From contig JBILLK010000028.1 in NCBI GenBank assembly GCA_044376115.1, positions 102,389 to 134,388 on the forward strand: a stretch of DNA of 32,000 nt, in the 5' to 3' direction. The position numbers were made by a program, and so were the translations under genes. This document shows, piece by piece, positions 25,836-32,000 of the stretch; positions within the stretch are counted from its first letter, which is position 1; every line of letters starts with the position of its first letter. The DNA comes from Polyangiaceae bacterium. GTDB lineage: Bacteria; Myxococcota_A; Polyangia; Polyangiales; Polyangiaceae. The notes beneath the pieces are model-generated. The model was not told where the DNA came from and searched no databases. It saw only the letters and a program-made list of their open reading frames with translations.

Positions 25836-27568
25836 CGCGACCGTCGCTCCCATTCCTCAATCAGGAACGGAGCATCCACCACCGTCAGGTCGTTCTCTTC
25901 CACCGTAGGTGTGTCGTCACCGACCGACCCAGCGTCTATCAACTGCGTCGGTTCCTCGTCCGAGGCCGAAGCCGAAAACGTTGAATCGGCAGTCTCAAAC
26001 GCCATCATCGATTGCGGGAGCGGAGGCGGAGGCGGCTCCGTCCTCCGCCTCGCCGTCACGCCCCCCGCCAACCGGCTGGGAACCCTGGGAACCGTAGACG
26101 GCGCAACCAAACTCCCTCGCGCCGGATCAACAACCGCCTCCGCAGGCCGACCCACAGCGCGCTCAACTACCTTGCCACCCTCTGCACCTTCGGTCGACTT
26201 GAGCCGCTCCGTCCCACGTCCCGGACGCCCTTCGCGGAGATCGGGACGAGGCACCTCCGACTCCACCGCTCGCGGCTGAACCGTTCTCCGTGACGCAGGC
26301 GAAGGCGTCGGCGGGTGCGCCACCGCTTCCACCCCGACAACGACCTGAACTGGCTTGACGTCATGCGGAACCGCCTGCCGAGCCCGCGTTTGCCGATCGC
26401 CATCGTCCGTCTGCACCATCCGCTCAGTAGCCCGAGGCGCCGCTATTGGAGCCCTGCGGGAACCGACGGACTCTCCGGACCCTCGCTCACTTGCTCGCGA
26501 AACGACTCGCTGCGCCTGCCTGAACGGTACCAACGCTTTCGCAAACTCTCGTGCCGTGGCGAACCGCTCGTCGCGTTTCTTCGCTAGAGCTCGATGGATC
26601 GCATTGCTCAACCCAACTGGTATCCGCGGATTCACGACAGCCGCAGGCTCGGGATTCCCCGTAAGTATCTGAACGAGCAGGGCGTTGTAATTCTTCGCGA
26701 TGAACGGCCTGGTTCCCGTGAGCGCCTCATAGAGCAACACACCAAGCCCCCATACATCAACACGACCATCTAGCTGGCGCTCACCCATCGCCTGCTCGGG
26801 TGCCATATAATAAGGTGTACCCATCACCATGCCTGTCCGAGTGAGATGATGTGGTTGATCATCCCCAATGGTGGCCTTCGATATGCCAAAATCCAGCACC
26901 TTCGCGAGCACCCCTCCCTCGGCCCCAAGGAAGATATTGTCTGGCTTCATGTCACGGTGAATGACACCGATGGCATGCGCCGCATCCAACGCGGCAAGCG
27001 CCTGCAGCGCGACCTCAACCCCCAGCTCCACCGCGATGCGCCCCTCGCGCTCCAGCCGATTGGCCAACGTTTCGCCACTAAGCCTCTCCATCACCAGGTA
27101 GGGCTGACCACCGGAGACAACCTCGCCAAACTCGAGCACGTTGCAGATATTGGGATGCGTGATTCGGGACACTACGGTCGCCTCGTGCCGCATCCGAGCA
27201 ACCGAGTCCTTCTTCTCCGCGTGCTCGGGTTTGAGCACCTTCAGCGCGACTCGAACCCCCGTGCGCTCCGAAAGCGCCTCGTAGACCGTTCCCATCCCGC
27301 CTTGCCCCAACACCCCAAGCAAACGAAAACGCCCACGCAGCGCTTGCTTGAGGTCATCCTCCGATGATGACTGCGGGCTTACCTTCTTCGCTATGGGTGC
27401 GGGTCGCGTTTGACGCGCGATCGCACGACGCTCTGCAGGCCGCTCACGCTCTGCGGGTCGCTCACGCTCTGCGGACCGATCGCGCTCCGCACCAATTGCA
27501 AGGCCTGTCGTCGGGCATACCGCCCTCGACGCCACATGCAACAGCCCGCAGTGGGGACACCGAATCAT
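25832..27568 (-). CDS. Ser/Thr protein kinase with an N-terminal zinc ribbon and a Pro/Arg-rich C-terminal tail
   Basis: MIRCPHCGLLHVASRAVCPTTG, then GQGGMGTVYEA, VALKVLK, HRDMKPDN, DFGISK and GTPYYMAPEQ. No TM segment seen. Confidence 0.85.
   Translation of the reverse strand: MIRCPHCGLLHVASRAVCPTTGLAIGAERDRSAERERPAERERPAERRAIARQTRPAPIAKKVSPQSSSEDDLKQALRGRFRLLGVLGQGGMGTVYEALSERTGVRVALKVLKPEHAEKKDSVARMRHEATVVSRITHPNICNVLEFGEVVSGGQPYLVMERLSGETLANRLEREGRIAVELGVEVALQALAALDAAHAIGVIHRDMKPDNIFLGAEGGVLAKVLDFGISKATIGDDQPHHLTRTGMVMGTPYYMAPEQAMGERQLDGRVDVWGLGVLLYEALTGTRPFIAKNYNALLVQILTGNPEPAAVVNPRIPVGLSNAIHRALAKKRDERFATAREFAKALVPFRQAQRVVSRASERGSGESVGSRRAPIAAPRATERMVQTDDGDRQTRARQAVPHDVKPVQVVVGVEAVAHPPTPSPASRRTVQPRAVESEVPRPDLREGRPGRGTERLKSTEGAEGGKVVERAVGRPAEAVVDPARGSLVAPSTVPRVPSRLAGGVTARRRTEPPPPPLPQSMMAFETADSTFSASASDEEPTQLIDAGSVGDDTPTVEENDLTVVDAPFLIEEWERRSR
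27441..27476. repeat. 18-bp tandem repeat within the kinase 5' region, encoding (ERERPA)n
   Basis: cgctcacgctctgcgggt followed by cgctcacgctctgcggac, with more diverged flanking copies on both sides. Confidence 0.75.
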
Positions 27569-27569
27569 C

Positions 27570-27994
27570 TCTTCCTGCGCACCTTCGCGACCTTGAGCCT
27601 ACAGGGAGCAAACCCATTCGCGAAGAACCGTTTCCAACTGACCACGTCGCATCCAACCCGCACGACGGTTAACTACCTGTGGGAAGCCTCCGGACCAGGC
27701 CTGGTGAAAACCCCCTCTACCCGGCCAACGACAAACTGTTCACACCTTCTCAACGCCCAGTCCCAATTTGAGACCCCAACAAGCCCGCTCCTCCAACACC
27801 CTTATCCAATTGTATTTAATAGTCTTTTCCCCTTATCCCCAGAATCCACAGGACCTACTACTACGACTTCTAGATATCTCATTGATCTCACTTTGAGACG
27901 AAGAGCACCTGTTGGTCTCAGTCGTAGCGTGAATGTCCAACACGCTCCTTTTCTCTAGAACAACCTGCTAAAGCCATTCCCAGGAGTTCAACGG
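27570..27994. promoter_or_regulatory. Divergent promoter region upstream of dnaN with an AT-rich patch and DnaA-box-like 9-mers (possible oriC or DnaA-regulated dnaN promoter)
   Basis: TTATCCAAT (27802-27810), TTATCCCCA (27833-27841) and GAATCCACA (27842-27850) against the consensus TTATCCACA. AT-rich ATTGTATTTAATAGTCTTTT (27809-27828). AGGAG RBS before the ATG at 27995. Confidence 0.4.
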
Positions 27995-29137
27995 ATGCAG
28001 CTGGTCGTGCCCAAAAAAGATCTTCTGCGCCTGGTCAGCAGGTGTCAGGGAGTCGCTGACAAAAAGAGTGCCATGCCCGCACTCTCCAACATCCTGCTCA
28101 CGGCCGAAGGAACGCACCTTCACGTCAGCGCAACGGACACGTTTCTCTCCATCACTGGAACCGTTTCAGCCGACGTGGAAACCGCTGGCTCCGCCGCTGT
28201 CCCAGCACGCGAACTTTTCGATCGTGTGAAGGCCATGCCCGACGGCCCCGTGCAACTGTCGACCTCAGGCAGCGGCCAGACAACTATCAAAGCAGCCGGC
28301 TCGCCGCGGCGTTTCACCATGCACGGCATCCCCGCCGCGGACTTCCCGCCCCTACCCAAACCCGATCCTGCGCAGCCCGTCGTGTCCATGCCGGTCGAGG
28401 TGTTGTCCAAGCTGATGGCACGCACCCACTACTCGATCGCACAAGACGAGACGCGGGCACACGTCAACAGCGCGAAGTTCGAGTGGACCGGCAACCGCGC
28501 GCGCATGGTGACCACCGACGGTCACCGCCTCTCAAAAATGGAAGCCGTGATCGAGGGAGCGGATGCGAACCTCGACATGCTCATCCCGGCGAAGGCCATC
28601 GGGGAACTCCGTCGGCTCACCGACGACGCCAAGGCCGAGCGCTCCGACGCGAAGGAAGCACCCACCGTCAGCATCACGCGAGTTGGACCCACCGCGTTCT
28701 TCGAACTCGCCTCAATGCGTTTTGGCGTGAAGCTGGTCGACGCACAATTCCCGGCCTACAACCAGGTGGTCCCATCCACGACCTCGCGCTCTGTGCGCAC
28801 CCCGCGCAAGGGATTTGCAGAGGCACTCGACGCAGTTCGTATCGCCGCAAGCGACCGCACCGGTGGCGTCAAAATCACGACCCTTACCGGCCTTTTGCGT
28901 GTGACCAGTGAAAGCCCGGAAAGCGGCAACGGCTTTGACGAGGTGCCCGTGGACTTCACGGGCCCCGAGCTGACCATCGGCTTCAATGCCAAATACTTCC
29001 TCGACGTTCTCAACTCGATGGACGACGAGGAGGTCGTGTTGGGTCTTTCGGGCGAGCTTGACCCGGCCGTCATCCGCCCCGCAGCAGAGTCGGACAAGGA
29101 GTCCTTCGTCGGCGTGATCATGCCGATGCGAATTTGA
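27995..29137 (+). CDS. dnaN: DNA polymerase III beta sliding clamp
   Basis: MQLVVPKKDLLRLVSRCQGVADKKSAMPALSNILLTA...ATDTFLS, 380 aa, followed by recF and gyrB in the conserved order. Confidence 0.95.
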   Translation: MQLVVPKKDLLRLVSRCQGVADKKSAMPALSNILLTAEGTHLHVSATDTFLSITGTVSADVETAGSAAVPARELFDRVKAMPDGPVQLSTSGSGQTTIKAAGSPRRFTMHGIPAADFPPLPKPDPAQPVVSMPVEVLSKLMARTHYSIAQDETRAHVNSAKFEWTGNRARMVTTDGHRLSKMEAVIEGADANLDMLIPAKAIGELRRLTDDAKAERSDAKEAPTVSITRVGPTAFFELASMRFGVKLVDAQFPAYNQVVPSTTSRSVRTPRKGFAEALDAVRIAASDRTGGVKITTLTGLLRVTSESPESGNGFDEVPVDFTGPELTIGFNAKYFLDVLNSMDDEEVVLGLSGELDPAVIRPAAESDKESFVGVIMPMRI

Positions 29138-29150
29138 TTCGAGCGGCCCG

Positions 29151-32000
<2,850 letters not shown>

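Overview
High-GC bacterial chromosome segment, most likely from a myxobacterium (Myxococcota). Supporting signs are a MYXO-CTERM-type sorting tail on a secreted protease, a Myxococcus-type cysteine-rich repeat, three Ser/Thr kinases and Gly-rich lipoproteins. Most of the window is densely packed housekeeping and envelope genes: leuB, ald, a TetR plus di-iron oxygenase operon, dapF, aroC, a fused aroK-aroB, an S1 protease, a CRTAC1/ASPIC-type FG-GAP protein, zapA and bioF. The right end carries dnaN-recF-gyrB with no dnaA upstream of dnaN. The stand-out feature is a roughly 3 kb stretch (about 22215-25187) with no credible ORF, unlike the tightly packed rest of the window. It holds three near-consensus parS (ParB-binding) palindromes, a 74-106 bp tandem repeat array that ends about 17 bp before the first parS, a second repeat family carrying two conserved palindromes, and further short duplications. 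I read this as a centromere-like, origin-proximal non-coding locus, and it may also encode RNAs. A short AT-rich patch with DnaA-box-like 9-mers lies just upstream of dnaN. I saw no defence system, CRISPR array, rRNA, tRNA or obvious mobile element. All calls come from reading the sequence and the ORF translations; no database search was run.
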